The translations under genes were made by a program, and so were the position numbers. Positions 29,007 to 42,806 of a stretch of 64,000 nucleotides of DNA are shown here, piece after piece. The DNA lies in contig OX597826.1 of the NCBI GenBank assembly GCA_951406725.2, forward strand, positions 24,800,001 through 24,864,000. Reading direction: 5' to 3'. Source of the DNA: Octopus vulgaris. Lineage: Eukaryota. The notes beneath the pieces are model-generated. The model was not told the DNA's origin. It did not search any database and saw only the letters and a program-made list of their open reading frames with translations. Every line of letters starts with the position of its first letter. The first letter of the stretch is position 1.

Positions 29007-29554
29007 GTGGAGGCGCAATGGCCCAGTGGTTAGAGCAGCGGACTCACGGTCGTAAGAACGCGGTTTCGATTCCCAGACCGGGCATTGTCAATGCTTATTG
29101 AGCAAAAACACCTGAGCTCCACGAAGCTCCGGCGGGGTGGGGTGAACCCCGCTGTACTCTTTCACCACAACTTTCTCTCACTCTTTCTTCCTACTTCTGT
29201 CACAAAGCAGAGGAACCATGATGTAACCCACAATGGTGTGGTAAACTTTCAGACCCTAGTCTAGATTGCGAATCCTCTGTACCCCAGGATGGTTCAGCTG
29301 CCCACCCGTTAAAAGCCACCGTTTACGGAATGAGGATAACAACGTAGCTTTCGCGCCCGTGCAACCGCCAGTCTATCGCGTTTGGTGCGTAGATCTTCAA
29401 GTTTCCACACGCATTCTTAGTAGCTTAGAGTAGGCTCGAATTAGAGATTATTCTTTGTGGCTAATGGCATGAGTCCTGATTGGAAGAAGAAGAAGAAGAA
29501 GAAGAAGAAGAAGAAGAAGAAGAAGAAGAAGAAGAAGAAGAAGAAGAAGAAGAA
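29007..29554 (+). mobile_element. Full-length SINE family C with (GAA)n tail
   Basis: Head tggcccagtggttag...ggtttcgattccc; 12-bp TSD gacaacagtagt at 28995-29006 and 29555-29566. Confidence 0.9.
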
Positions 29555-29569
29555 GACAACAGTAGTACT

Positions 29570-29873
29570 GGCACTCCGTCGGTCACGACGACGAGTGTTC
29601 CAGTTGGCTCGATCAATGGGATAACCTGCTCGGGAAATTAACGTTGAGGGCTCCACAGACACCCGTACCATTAAATGTAGTTCTCAAGGAGATTCAGCGC
29701 GACACAGAATGTGACAAGGAGCTGGCCCTTTGAAATACAGGTACAACTTATTTTTACCGGCTGTGTGAACTGGAACAATGTGAAATAAAGTATCTTGGTC
29801 AAGGACACAATGCACCGCCGGGAATCGAACCCACGACCATACGACCGTGAACCTAATACCCTAACCACTAAGC
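29570..29873 (-). mobile_element. tRNA-derived SINE, family D
   Basis: Minus head gcttagtggttagggt...gggttcgattccc; body matches 37352 and 41365. Confidence 0.8.
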
Positions 29874-30431
29874 TACTGAAACAACAACAATACCATCAAC
29901 AACAAAAGCGGTGGTGGATCTCCATCGTTCGACGATGAGGATTCAGTTGTTTGAACAACTGAATTACCTGCTCCTGAATTAACGTCGAAGTGGCTGAGTA
30001 TTCCACGGACGCGTGTATCTTCAGCATAATTCAAAATCTGCATGTGCCGTGTGTGACAAGGATGTACCCCCTGAATTACTAATACAATTCATTCAACGGG
30101 CTTCTATACAGTTTCCGTGTATTCAGTTTCATTCATAAGGCATGGGTTATACCGAGTCTGTAGAAATGACACTTTTCGAAGATGCCGTGAGGTGGGATCG
30201 AACTTGATATCTCGTAGGTGCTAAGCAAACTTCTTAACAATTGAGCCACACTGCGCTTACACAATAAGAATCACAAGAAACAGAAGAGAGAACCTGTAAG
30301 TGATTAATTGATCGGCTAAAAATAGCAGCCAAATCTCATTTAAATGAAACCCTTCTGACGACAGAGACTGATGCGTGCACACGCGGTCAGCCACACACAT
30401 GTATATATATATATATTGGGACAACATCTTG

Positions 30432-30607
30432 AAGAATTTTTAGTCGAATGAATCCACCCCAGTACTTATTCTTCTTCTGTAAAGCCCGGGACTTATTCTG
30501 TGGGTCTCTTTTGCCGAACCGCTAAGTTACAGGGACGTAAACACAGCAACTAGACATCCGGGACAAATACAGACACAGACACACACACATGCGCGCATAC
30601 ACACTCA

Positions 30608-30686
<79 letters not shown>

Positions 30687-30812
30687 ACACAGAGACACAC
30701 ACACACACGACGGGCTTCTTTCAGTTTCTGTCTACCAAATCCACTCACAAGGCTTTGGTCGTCCATCAGAAGATACTTGCCCAAGATGCCGCACAGTGGG
30801 ACTGAACCCAAA
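30432..30812 (-). mobile_element. SINE family B
   Basis: Matches 1790-2226. Confidence 0.8.
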
Positions 30813-31203
30813 CCCTTGGACTTATAAAGTCTGCTATCCGATTTCCATGGCGTGTAATTGACTAATTGACTGAGATCATATTTCCTGGAACGGGACGCCG
30901 GTCCGTTGTAGAGTTCCAGGCTATCAATTTTTAGGTGAGGGGACAAGTCGATTACATCAGCCCAGTACTTGACGTGTACTTAATTTTATCGACCCCGAAG
31001 GGGTGATGGGTAAAGTTGATTTCAGCGGGATTTGAACTTAGGACGTAATTCTGCTACCGTACTGCTTATTTTTGTTAAAGGATAGTCGAATGTATTTTAG
31101 AGGTCGAGCCATTGTATAATAGCTCCCTCGTTGGCTCCTTGAATGAGGCACACGCCAGTTTGTTAGCTCAGTCAGTAGCTGTAGAAGAAAAGGAAAGGGC
31201 GGG

Positions 31204-31237
<34 letters not shown>

Positions 31238-31284
31238 GAAATCACGGTTGTGTATTACTGGTTGTAACATATAATAAATAATAA

Positions 31285-31533
31285 ATGCGCCCTTTTAAAG
31301 CCTAGCCAGGGTCATGGGCTCGGTTTCCCGGTTTCAATGGCGTATACGTTCCCCAGCTGGACGGGGCGCCAATCCATCGCAGCGTTACTCATTTTTGCCA
31401 GCTGAGTGGATTGGAGCAACGTGAAATGAAGTGTTTTGCTGAAGAACACAACGCGTCGCCCGGTCCGGGAGTCGAAACCACAATCTTACGATCATGATGC
31501 TGACACCCTAACCACTAAGCCACGCGGCTCCAC
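31285..31533 (-). mobile_element. tRNA-derived SINE, family D-like head with a different tail
   Basis: Minus head gtggagccgcgtggcttagtggttaggg...ggtttcgactccc. Confidence 0.8.
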
Positions 31534-32048
31534 AGTGATAACATATTGCTGAGGTAGATATCCTTTGCCAATCAGTTCGGTGATCCTTCCTCAATAATAT
31601 GCGATATTTATCTGAGTAGCCACCATGGCAACAGCACAGTTCTGGACTTACAAATCGCATTCCAAACAAAGCTGCGTTTTTGCTTTGTGGAGGGTCAGCT
31701 AACAGGAAGCTATTTCTCGAAATACAGAAATAAATGGTTTAAAATTTTTCCAAATTATTATCTTTCCTTTCCTTCCAGACGGCCTTCCTAGATGCCTGTA
31801 ATCAGATAAGATATTTAGAGAAGATTGCCCAGTCTCGATAAAACGATATAAAGGTGACATTATGATGTGGGATGCAGGGTGTGTTTCACGGCACAAGGTG
31901 TTGGACTACGCACAGATTACAATGAAAGTGTTATGTTTCAATATTACGATATTTCAAGAAAAATAAAACAACTTATCTTTTATTGTTTTCTTCTCACCGC
32001 TTATTCGACAGTTTATTCAACTCAGTTTATGTGTTTGTGCGTATGTAC

Positions 32049-32140
<92 letters not shown>

Positions 32141-32191
32141 GTATATATATTCATATGTATATATATATATATATACATATGAATATATATT

Positions 32192-32236
<45 letters not shown>

Positions 32237-32248
32237 GTATATATATTC

Positions 32249-32299
<51 letters not shown>

Positions 32300-32468
32300 C
32301 ATATGAATATATATATATGTCTACTACTCAAAGATGTGATGAAAAGAAGACATGAAACGATCGTAGTGGATATTAATAATCGTTAAATTTCAAAATAATA
32401 TAAATTAATTTATGTATTGGATTAAGTCTTTCTTTGTTTGATTTGCATAATAGTGGTTTTGTCTCTAA

Positions 32469-32515
<47 letters not shown>

Positions 32516-33002
32516 TGTGTGTGTGTATGTATGTGTATATGCATATCAATATAGATTATATATATATATATATTTATATATGTATGAATATATATATATG
32601 TATATATGTATACCAATATATATACATATATACATATATGTATATATGTCTGTATGAATATATATACATACACACATACATACATATATACATATATATA
32701 TGTGTGTGTCTGTATACATACATACATACATACATACATACATACATACATACATACATACATACATACATACATACATACATACACAACATGGTAAAAT
32801 TAAGTTCATGCCAGTTTTCGCCAAATACGCAAAAAGAATATCTGCAAGATCATGAAATTACGAATTTGTTTCCTGGTCGAGAAACAAAAAAAAAAAAAAA
32901 AAGAACATGTTTATTCTGGTATTGACGGAATGTTACAACCGAAATTACAAATAGACCGGCAGAGTGTGAGCATTAAAACATCGAATATACCGAAGTATGG
33001 AC

Positions 33003-33160
33003 AGGCATGGCTATGTGGCTAAGAAATTCACTTTGCAGCTACGTGATTCCGAGTTCAGTCCTACCGCCCGGCACCTTGGGCAAGTGTTTTCTACTATGGC
33101 CCCGGGCCGACCAACATTTTGTGTGTGAATATGGTAGACGTAATCTGCGTGGAATCCCAT
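33003..33160 (+). mobile_element. SINE family B 5' part
   Basis: aggcatggctatgtggctaag...gagttcagtcc...caccttgggcaagtg. Confidence 0.7.
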
Positions 33161-33591
33161 GTATATAAAACAAAGGAATTTTAACACAGTTTAAAATTAC
33201 GAAGTAGAAATCGAACAAACATGTTTAAACAATCAAATGTTTGGTAACATGTAACTCAGTACTACCTGTTGCATGGTCGGGTCGTCGGCGACTAAACCGG
33301 CAACCCCACCAAGCTCGCTTGGTGAGGAGGGTATTTATTGGTCACCCTGCGGGATGAAAAACAAAACCCGTCAAAGGGTGGAGGAACTCTTGAGAGTCAA
33401 CGGCCATCCAATAAATGTCTTAAAGCTGTATCATGCGCGGGGACATAGAAATAATCGGATTGAATACCCGATCGCGCAGTTAAACCATTGGGAGTGAAGG
33501 ACTCCTAGCCTTTGTCAGGGCATCCTTCTAGGAGAAGGCAACTCAGGTAACTGGGATAACTCCGACATTAAAATCTGCGGCTCAGTGGTTA

Positions 33592-34608
33592 CCGATGATG
33601 TTGATTTGTTTTTCTTTTCGGATTATGGCTGCTGTTGCTTAGTGAGTGGGATTGACTCAGTGCACAGCCTTTCCTCACTTAAAAAAATATCTTCTTGCAC
33701 AGGCATTGCACGATAACAACATTGATTAAGCTTCGTGCAATGGCCATACTCGATAACGAGGGGGCAGCCACCATACACATGTATATAAATACATTTTGCA
33801 TATATATACAAAGACACACAGAATTTGACAAGTTCCATATATATACAAAAAAAACTGTTAAAATCCCATTGTTTTATATACATTTGTACCATTGGTAAAC
33901 AAAATATTGTTGAAACTAGTTTGGTATGTGTGTGAATAAATCTATTTAAAAACAGCGACACGTTTTTCAAATTCAGGTTCATTTTCAAACCGCCCAAACA
34001 AATTCTCCTATGTATGTATGTATGTATGTATGTATGTATGTATGTATGTATGTATGTATGTATGTATGTATGTATGTATGAATGCATGTATGTATGTATG
34101 TATGTATGTATGTATGTATGTATGTATGTATGTATGTACGTATGTATGTATAAAAAAAAACAACTGCGGCTCAGTGGTTACCGATGATGTTGACTTGTTC
34201 TTCTTTTCGGATTATGGCTGTTGTTGCTTAATGAGTGGGATTGACTCAGTGCACAGCCTTTCCTCACTTAAAAAAAAATCTTGCACAGGCATTGCACGAT
34301 AACAACATTGATTGATTGATTAAATTGATTAACTAATGCATGATTGTTGATGGCGCTGTGAGTCTCAATGGCTGGCTGTAGCCTTTAAAAGCAAAAAACC
34401 AATGATGTACCAAAAACAGTATAACATGCAAAGGTACATGAAGCCCAGTTACAACTACAGCCGGCTTTTACCGGTAAAGGTTTTAGTTACCAATTCTGTA
34501 CAAGATATTGTAGATCTTTAGCTGGGCTCAAAAGTCACATTCGATCACAGCACCAGTAACAGTTAAGCTTCGTGCAATGGCCATACGCGATAACGAGGGG
34601 GCAACCAT
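33592..34608 (+). repeat. Local direct duplication (33592-33720 vs 34170-34305; 33727-33775 vs 34563-34608)
   Basis: ctgcggctcagtggttaccgatgatgttga...cacaggcattgcacgataacaacattgatt occurs twice. Confidence 0.85.
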
Positions 34609-34624
34609 AATGTATGTATGTATG

Positions 34625-34658
<34 letters not shown>

Positions 34659-34800
34659 TGTATGTATGTATGTATGTATGTATGTATGTTTGTATGTATA
34701 AAAACAATTGCAGCGTGGAAGGTGTTTATAAACCATTTAAAAACACACACAAAAACCGTTAGATTCACTTCAACATTTAAATTTAATTTGTCAAAATTGC

Positions 34801-34851
34801 TTTGTCAGTGAACAGGTCGCGGTCTCAAAGCGACGAAAATATGTTGAAAAA
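34801..34851 (+). ncRNA. Second G3-C8 hammerhead-like copy with degenerate 3' side
   Basis: tttgtca-GTGAACA-G-gtcgc(ggtctcaaa)gcgac-GAAAATATGT-tgaaaaa; element 34801-34975 is homologous to 23857-24047. Confidence 0.5.
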
Positions 34852-34973
34852 TTAAATTTAAATGTTGAATTGAATCTAACGGTTTTTGCGTGTGTTCTTA
34901 AATGGCTGCAATTGTTTTTGTTTTAGCACACGATCTCAAATCAGGTCACTTGCTATGCAAGTACATCTCCGTA

Positions 34974-35061
<88 letters not shown>

Positions 35062-35096
35062 ATCTCTCTCTCTCTCTCTCACTCACTCTCTCCCTA

Positions 35097-35174
<78 letters not shown>

Positions 35175-35212
35175 AAAAAGGAGATGTGGAACACGAGTTG
35201 TGATATATAAAA

Positions 35213-35555
35213 AAAGGAAATGAAGAAAATGCTGACAAAATAATTTAAGTAAGGGAGAGTGTATTTAATTAGGTGAAAGTTCTTTTTACCGGTTGCGCAT
35301 TTGTTATGCTTATCAAAAGATATTTTTTTAAGAGAGATAGAGTTCCTTTCTGATAGATTTTTTTTCTCTTATATGTGTTCTCATATATATTTCTCACATA
35401 TAAGAGAAAAAATCTATCAGAAAGGAACTCTATCTCTCTTAAAAAATATCTTTTGATAAGCATAACAAATGCGCAACCGGTAAAAAGAACTTTCACCTAA
35501 TTAAATACACTCTCCCTTACTTAAATTATTTTGTCAGCATTTTCTTCATTTCCTT

Positions 35556-35556
<1 letters not shown>
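35213..35556. repeat. Fold-back palindrome (~163-bp arms, 17-nt spacer) with a degenerate U3-A8 hammerhead in each arm
   Basis: Arms 35213-35377 and 35395-35556; plus motif 35449-35488 tt-TTGATAA-gcat(aacaa)atgc-GCAAC-CG-GTA-aa. Confidence 0.9.
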
Positions 35557-35587
<31 letters not shown>

Positions 35588-36062
35588 GTATTGGTATCTA
35601 GAAGACCCAAGGAGTGGCAGGTAACGCTAAATAAGTTCTATGGACTGACAGTTCTTCGTTCAATAGTGATACGAGTGAAGAGTCTAATGTAGGTCTTGTA
35701 TTAGCATGCATATATATATTAGACAAAATGTGATAACAAAGTCAAGACTGTGAGTAGTTTTCAGGACATTTATAAGGAAAAATATATAGATATAGTCTTA
35801 CAGCTGTTTCTGGGATATTATGGATATCCCTGATGAAGGGATATCCATAATAACATCCACTGACCAGCACCTCGGGCCAGTGACTTCTACTATAGTCCCA
35901 GACTGAATGATGAAGGGATAGCCATAATATATATAATATATATATATAAAACACTTACTGTAAATAAAATCAAGGGTACGTAGCGTTCCGTTAATTAATA
36001 AATGGAAAATCATATTTTTTTAAATATATGAACACCTAACGGCCAAATGGATCCTGGCAGAG

Positions 36063-36400
36063 ACCATTGGTTTAGTCGAGTAAATGTTGCCCGGTACTTA
36101 TTTTTTAATTTGGTACTTTTTATATCCTTGTATTTTACCGAACCGCTAAGTTACCGGGAGATGAATAAGCCAAACATTTGTAGTCAAGCTACTGGTGGGA
36201 GAAGTATGAGGTGCAAACACAAACATACAAGAGCTTATATGCATATACGATGAGCTTCCACACAGTTTCTGTCAACCAGATTCATTCTCATGGTATAAGC
36301 CGGCTTGGAACTATAGTAGAAGGCACAAGCCCGAGGTGCTGATCAGTGCGTGTTAATCAGAGACGAAACCATGTGATAGCCAAGCGAGATTCTTAACCAT
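36063..36400 (-). mobile_element. SINE family B, diverged
   Basis: ccgaaccgctaagttac...ctatagtagaag. Confidence 0.65.
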
Positions 36401-36549
36401 ATAATTATTCTTCTGAGCCTATATGTATATTTATATTTATATATATATAATTAATCAATATAGGGTGGCAAAAAATTTTGTAGAATTTTTTTGCCACCAG
36501 CGGCCTAGTGGGAAAAAATTAAATAGTCATAGACCATTTATAAGTTCAA

Positions 36550-36615
36550 CATCACAATCAAGGAACGTCCATAATAGTGGGTGAATGGCCTATTATGGAC
36601 GTTCCTTGATTGTGA

Positions 36616-36617
<2 letters not shown>
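36550..36617. repeat. Perfect 28-bp hairpin with 12-nt loop
   Basis: catcacaatcaaggaacgtccataatag / ctattatggacgttccttgattgtgatg. Confidence 0.9.
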
Positions 36618-36664
<47 letters not shown>

Positions 36665-36911
36665 TAATAATAAGGGTTTTTTGCAACAAGTTGCTTAAGC
36701 CACATACCGAAAATATTAGAAATAACAGTCAAAGGACTACTATTTCCTTTTACTACAAAAATAAGTCTCCACAGACAATATTTGTGACTCACCCTTATTA
36801 TTATAATTATATAAATGTTTACCGAATATGGTCCTTTTCCATACCGAAATACTACTAGGTGAAATGTGTTGATTTTATTAAATTAATTATATTTCACCCT
36901 TTATCTGTATT

Positions 36912-37350
<439 letters not shown>

Positions 37351-37351
37351 G

Positions 37352-37645
37352 GAGCACTCCGTCGGTTACGACGACGAGGGTCCCAGGTGATACCATCAAC
37401 GGAACAGTCTTCTCATGAAATTAACGTGCAAGTGACTGAGGAATCCACAGACACGCGTACCCCTAACGTAGTTCTCAGGGAGATTCAGCGTGACACAAAG
37501 TGTGACAAGGCCGGCCCTTTGAAATACAGGTACAACTCATTTTTGCCAGCTGAGTGGACTGAAGCAACGTGAAATAAAGTGTCTTGCTCAAGGACACAAC
37601 GCGTCGTCGGGAATCTAACTCACGACCTTACAATCGTGACCACTA
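37352..37645 (-). mobile_element. SINE family D
   Basis: Matches 29570-29873. Confidence 0.8.
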
Positions 37646-37676
37646 ATATATTTCTGAGCCTATTTCTATCTATCTT

Positions 37677-37789
<113 letters not shown>

Positions 37790-38382
37790 ATGTTGGCTTA
37801 TTTATCTCCCGGTAACTTAGCGGTTCGGTAAAATACAAAGATATAAAATGTACCAGATTTAAAAATAAGTACCGGAAACGATTTGCTCGACTAAACCAAT
37901 GGTCTCAACCAGAGTCCATTTGGCCGTTAGGGGTTCATATAAGATTTTGTTGCTAAAATTTATGGGCAATACACAAAATATTAAAAAATAAAAATTAATA
38001 TAATTTCTAACGATATTTAATTCTAAACACATAACACGACTTTTTAAACATCGAATGGGTATGAGGGTTCACTTGAGCGAAATGGGGATTGAAGGAGTCG
38101 ACGAGTAAAATATGGTTGAGAAACACTGGTTTAAACCCTTCAGGTCGGTGACCTGGCATGGTCGTAATCCAATGACTGAAACAAGTAAAAGAATATCTAT
38201 GTATGTATGTATGTATATACACACACACACAAAACACATATATGTTTATGTGTGTGTATACATATTTGCGTGTGCGCGCGCGCGTATTTATGCGTGTACT
38301 TCTTTCTACAAGTACTCGCGCACTCAGGTATGAACGTACCCGCACATTTTGTGTGTGCGTTAATTAAGCTAATACATATATG

Positions 38383-38509
<127 letters not shown>

Positions 38510-38543
38510 TATATATGCACATGTATATATATATATATATATA

Positions 38544-38630
<87 letters not shown>

Positions 38631-39248
38631 CCCGAAGGCTATCTACTGCAAGTACTTCAACTATCAATGTTTAGGGACCTCACACATCTTTCCTTTCCCC
38701 TGTCGACTCTCATTTTTTTTTCAAAATCTCTTTTGGGTGCAGTCAGTAGCATACATCCAGTACACACACACGTATGTATGTATGTATGTATGTATGTATG
38801 TATGTATGTATGTATGTATGCATCATTTATAAATGCGTCTCGGAGAGGTAACTGTTGCTCTTTTGATAATAAATAGAAGAACCACAAGCAGAGAGAAAAA
38901 TCATAAGCACAACAGCCTTGTATTCTTGCTATAGTTTCTGCAAAGTCTCTGATGAAACAGTGAACAGGAAGCTGAAACTTATCTAACCATATATAGCTGG
39001 TTGATATAGTTTGGGTACGAGGATGAGCGATAAGGAGACTGAGAGGCAGACAGAGTGGGTGGAGGGATTTGATATATACATATACGTACACACACACACG
39101 TATATGTACATATATAAACATACATACATATACATACATACTTACATACATATACATACATACATACATACATACATACATACATACATACATACACACA
39201 TACATACATACATACATATACATACATACTTACATACATATACATACA

Positions 39249-39307
<59 letters not shown>

Positions 39308-39331
39308 GCATATATGCATATACATCTACAT

Positions 39332-39382
<51 letters not shown>

Positions 39383-39489
39383 CATATATATAAACGCAGG
39401 AGTGGATTAAGTCGATATAATCGACTTAATCCCTTTGTCCTTGTTTGTCCCCTCTATGTTTAGCTCCTTGTGTGTAATAAAGAAATAAG

Positions 39490-39705
39490 AACCTTGCTTC
39501 CCAACCACATGGTTCCGGGTTCACCCCCACTGCGTGGTACCATCCGCAAGTGTCCTCTACTATAACCTAGAACTAACCAAAGCCTTGCGAATGAATTTGG
39601 TAGATAGAAACTGAAAGAAACCAGTCACACGTGTGTGTGCGTGTGTGTGTGTTTGTGACAATCGCTTGACAATCGGTGCTGGTATGATTGCATCCCCGGA
39701 ACTTA
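39490..39705 (+). mobile_element. SINE family B, partial
   Basis: cttgcttcccaaccacatggttccgggttca...gcaagtgtcctctactata. Confidence 0.75.
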
Positions 39706-39739
39706 GGGATTCTCCAAAAGAGCCCAAGTACAAGTTGCG

Positions 39740-40190
39740 TACTGGAAATTTCCAAGGACGTCCTGGAAAGTCCCAATGATGAGACTTCTTGGAAAATTCC
39801 GTGGGCTTCATGGAAAGTTCCAAGGATTAAACTTCATGGAAAATTCCGAGAATGATACTTCCTGGAAAATTTCAAGGATTTCATGGGAAGTTCCGAGGAT
39901 GAGTCTTCATGAAAATTTCCGAGTATTTCCTGGTAAGTTCCAATGTTGAGATACTTCCTCGAAATTTCCGAGAATGAAACTTCCAGGAAAATTCCGAGGA
40001 TGAGACCTCCTGGCAAATTCCGATGATTTCCAGGAAAGTTCCGAGGATGAGACTTCCTGAAAGTCCCGAGAATGGGACTTCATGTAAAATTCTGAGGATT
40101 TCTTGGAAAGTTCCGAGGATAAGATACTTCCTGGAAAGTTCCGAAGATGGGACATTCTGGAAAATTCCGAGGACTTGCTGGAAAGTTGGG
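39740..40190. repeat. Minisatellite of ttccgaggatgagacttcctggaaa-type units
   Basis: Degenerate 21-27-bp tandem units. Confidence 0.85.
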
Positions 40191-40556
40191 AGGCAAGTGA
40201 AATCAAAATCAAAATTGCTGACGTGACCGATGACAGTACCGCCTGATTGGCACTCATTCCAGTGGAACATTAACAGCACATCCGAACGTGGGGTGTAACC
40301 GGCCCACTTATGGGTACCCCTCATTCATTGGACAATGAATTTTGTTTGCGAAGTATTATTGAGGCAAGTGTAAACAAATCAAAATCGCTGATGTGGCCGA
40401 TGATAGTACTGCCTGATTGGCACTCATGCAAGTGGAACGTTAAAAGCACATCCGAGCGTGATCATTGCCAGAGCCACGGATTTGCTCCCATGCCGGTGAC
40501 ATGGGAAAAGTACCATTCGAGCATGATCATTGCCAGCATCGCTTAACTGGCACATG

Positions 40557-40597
<41 letters not shown>

Positions 40598-40599
40598 GT

Positions 40600-40815
40600 G
40601 TGTGCTTGTGTGTGTTTGTGTCTGTGTTTGTCTCCCACCACCGCTTGACGACCGGTGTTAGTGTGTTTACGACCCCGTGTCTTAACGTTCGGAAAAAGAG
40701 ACCGATAGATTAACTATCAGGTTTAAAAAAAGTACTGATGTCGATTCATTCGATTAAAAACTCTTCAGGGCGAAGCTCTAGAATGGCCACAATCCAATGA
40801 CTGAAACAAGTAAAG
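40600..40815 (+). mobile_element. SINE family B 3' part
   Basis: ccgcttgacgaccggtgttagtgtgtttacg...aatgactgaaacaagtaaa. Confidence 0.7.
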
Positions 40816-41364
40816 GATAAAAAAGAAAATATAAAAAAAACCTGCTGGAAAATTCCATGACAAAAGACTGGAAACTGATCATGAACATTACATAGAAAGA
40901 AAGACATGTTGAGGTAAAAAAAAAAAAAACTTTCTTTCTGTAGAAAGTAAAGTTTTCTCCCATGGAAGAAATGTTGGTGCAACGAATCTCAGCTGGGTTG
41001 GGCATGTTTAAAGAAAGGAAGAAACAAATTCGATGACCAAGTCAAATACTTTGCTCAGAGTAGCCTAGTAGTACGAGAAATTTTGGGTAGACCTCCAATA
41101 TAAAATTATGATTGAGTATAACATATAAAATTGGGATTTTTATAACATAAAATAACACGAGAAGATTGGATATTGATACTGGAAACTGGACCACCACAAT
41201 TGAGGGCATAAACCGGAAAAAGAAATCGTTTCACTTCAAACACACCAGGTACGACTGAAAATAATTCGTATGGACAGCCACAGTCGACAATCGACGGATT
41301 GCTTGTGTAATATAGTGTAACACGTGATCAGTTACAATCTATCTGTGTTGTCCCCGCACCTGTT

Positions 41365-41598
41365 GATGAGGGTGCCATTGACTCGATTAACGGAACAGCC
41401 TGCTCGTGAAATTAACGTGTAAGTGGCTGAGCACCCCACAGACACGCGTGCCCTTAACGTATTTCTCAGGGAAATTCAGCGTGAAACAGAATGTGACAAG
41501 GCTTGCCCTTTGAAATACAAGCACTACTCCTTTTTGCCAGCCGAGTGGACCGGAGTAACGTGAACTAAAGTATCTCGCTGAAGGACATAACGCGTCGC
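41365..41598 (-). mobile_element. SINE family D, partial
   Basis: Matches 37352-37645. Confidence 0.75.
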
Positions 41599-41981
41599 CA
41601 ATATATATATATTACTCAAAGATGGTTGGTGTCCCAGCATGTTGATTTTCCTTTAGATAAGCTATATAAAGATAAATAAATTGTACACACACACACACAC
41701 ACACAGACACACAGACACACACACGTACACACACACACACACCCTCGAACGCATGCACACATTTACACTCACTCATATACACACACGTCATCACCTGCTT
41801 AATAAAGGTGTGTTAGAAAGGTATGTAACACACCTATGAAATAAATCAAATATGATGCAGGATGAAACACCTCTTAGTCAATAAAATAAAGTATCAACGA
41901 AAAAAAAAATGGTCATCCATCGTTTTCAACGATGAGTACTACTTACTCATTGAATAAGCATTTAACATGGCCGAGTGTAAA

Positions 41982-42184
41982 GTCGGCGAGCCGTCAGGGT
42001 CGTTAGTACGCCGAACAAAATGCTTAGCAGCATTTCGTCCGTCTTACGTTCTGAGTTCAAATTCCGCCGAGGTCGATTTTGCCTTCCATCCTTTCGGGGT
42101 CGATAAAACAAGTACCAAATGAGTACTGGGGCCGATATAATCAACTTACCCCCGAATTTGCTGGCCCTGTGCCAAAATTTGAAA
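41982..42184 (+). mobile_element. SINE family A
   Basis: gagttcaaattccgccgaggtcga...ccttccatcctttcggggtcgataaa. Confidence 0.85.
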
Positions 42185-42461
42185 AGAATATCAGCCGAGT
42201 ATATTGCAGACACGTAAAACTTAACATACTTCTAAAGTGGGCATCAACATACTAGGCCTAATCTTGAATTTACAGGTATTATCCATCCGACTGGGTCTCC
42301 ACAGCTTGTGTCAACCCGAAGATGTGGTTAAAGACACGCGTCCACAATTCAACGCATTAGAATCGAACCCTGGACTTAACGATTGCGAGATGACTTTCTT
42401 GATCATTCAGTTATGTCGTGCCCAATTATAAGTACCAAACAAGAAAAGTAACAAGCAGACC

Positions 42462-42618
42462 AAAGCCGTGTAGCTTAGAAGCTCGCTTTGCAACTACGTG
42501 GCTTTGGGTTCAGTCCCACTGTGCGGTATCTTGAGCAAATGTCTTCTTCAATAGCCATGAGCAAACCACTGTCTTGTGGATGAATTTCGTAGACAGAAAC
42601 TGTATGGAAGCCTGTCGT
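42462..42618 (+). mobile_element. SINE family B 5' part
   Basis: gggttcagtcccactg...ttgagcaaatgtcttct. Confidence 0.65.
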
Positions 42619-42619
42619 A

Positions 42620-42685
<66 letters not shown>

Positions 42686-42691
42686 AATCTA

Positions 42692-42806
<115 letters not shown>

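Noticed and set aside
29007-29080. tRNA-like sequence (also 21570-21646, 31460-31533, 37013-37085)
   Set aside because: SINE heads continuing into repeat bodies with tails or TSDs, not tRNA genes
32324-32369. catGAAAC-GATC-GTA-gtgg hammerhead 3' half
   Set aside because: Core reads TCAAAGA; probably a dead relative of 51037 but too degenerate to call
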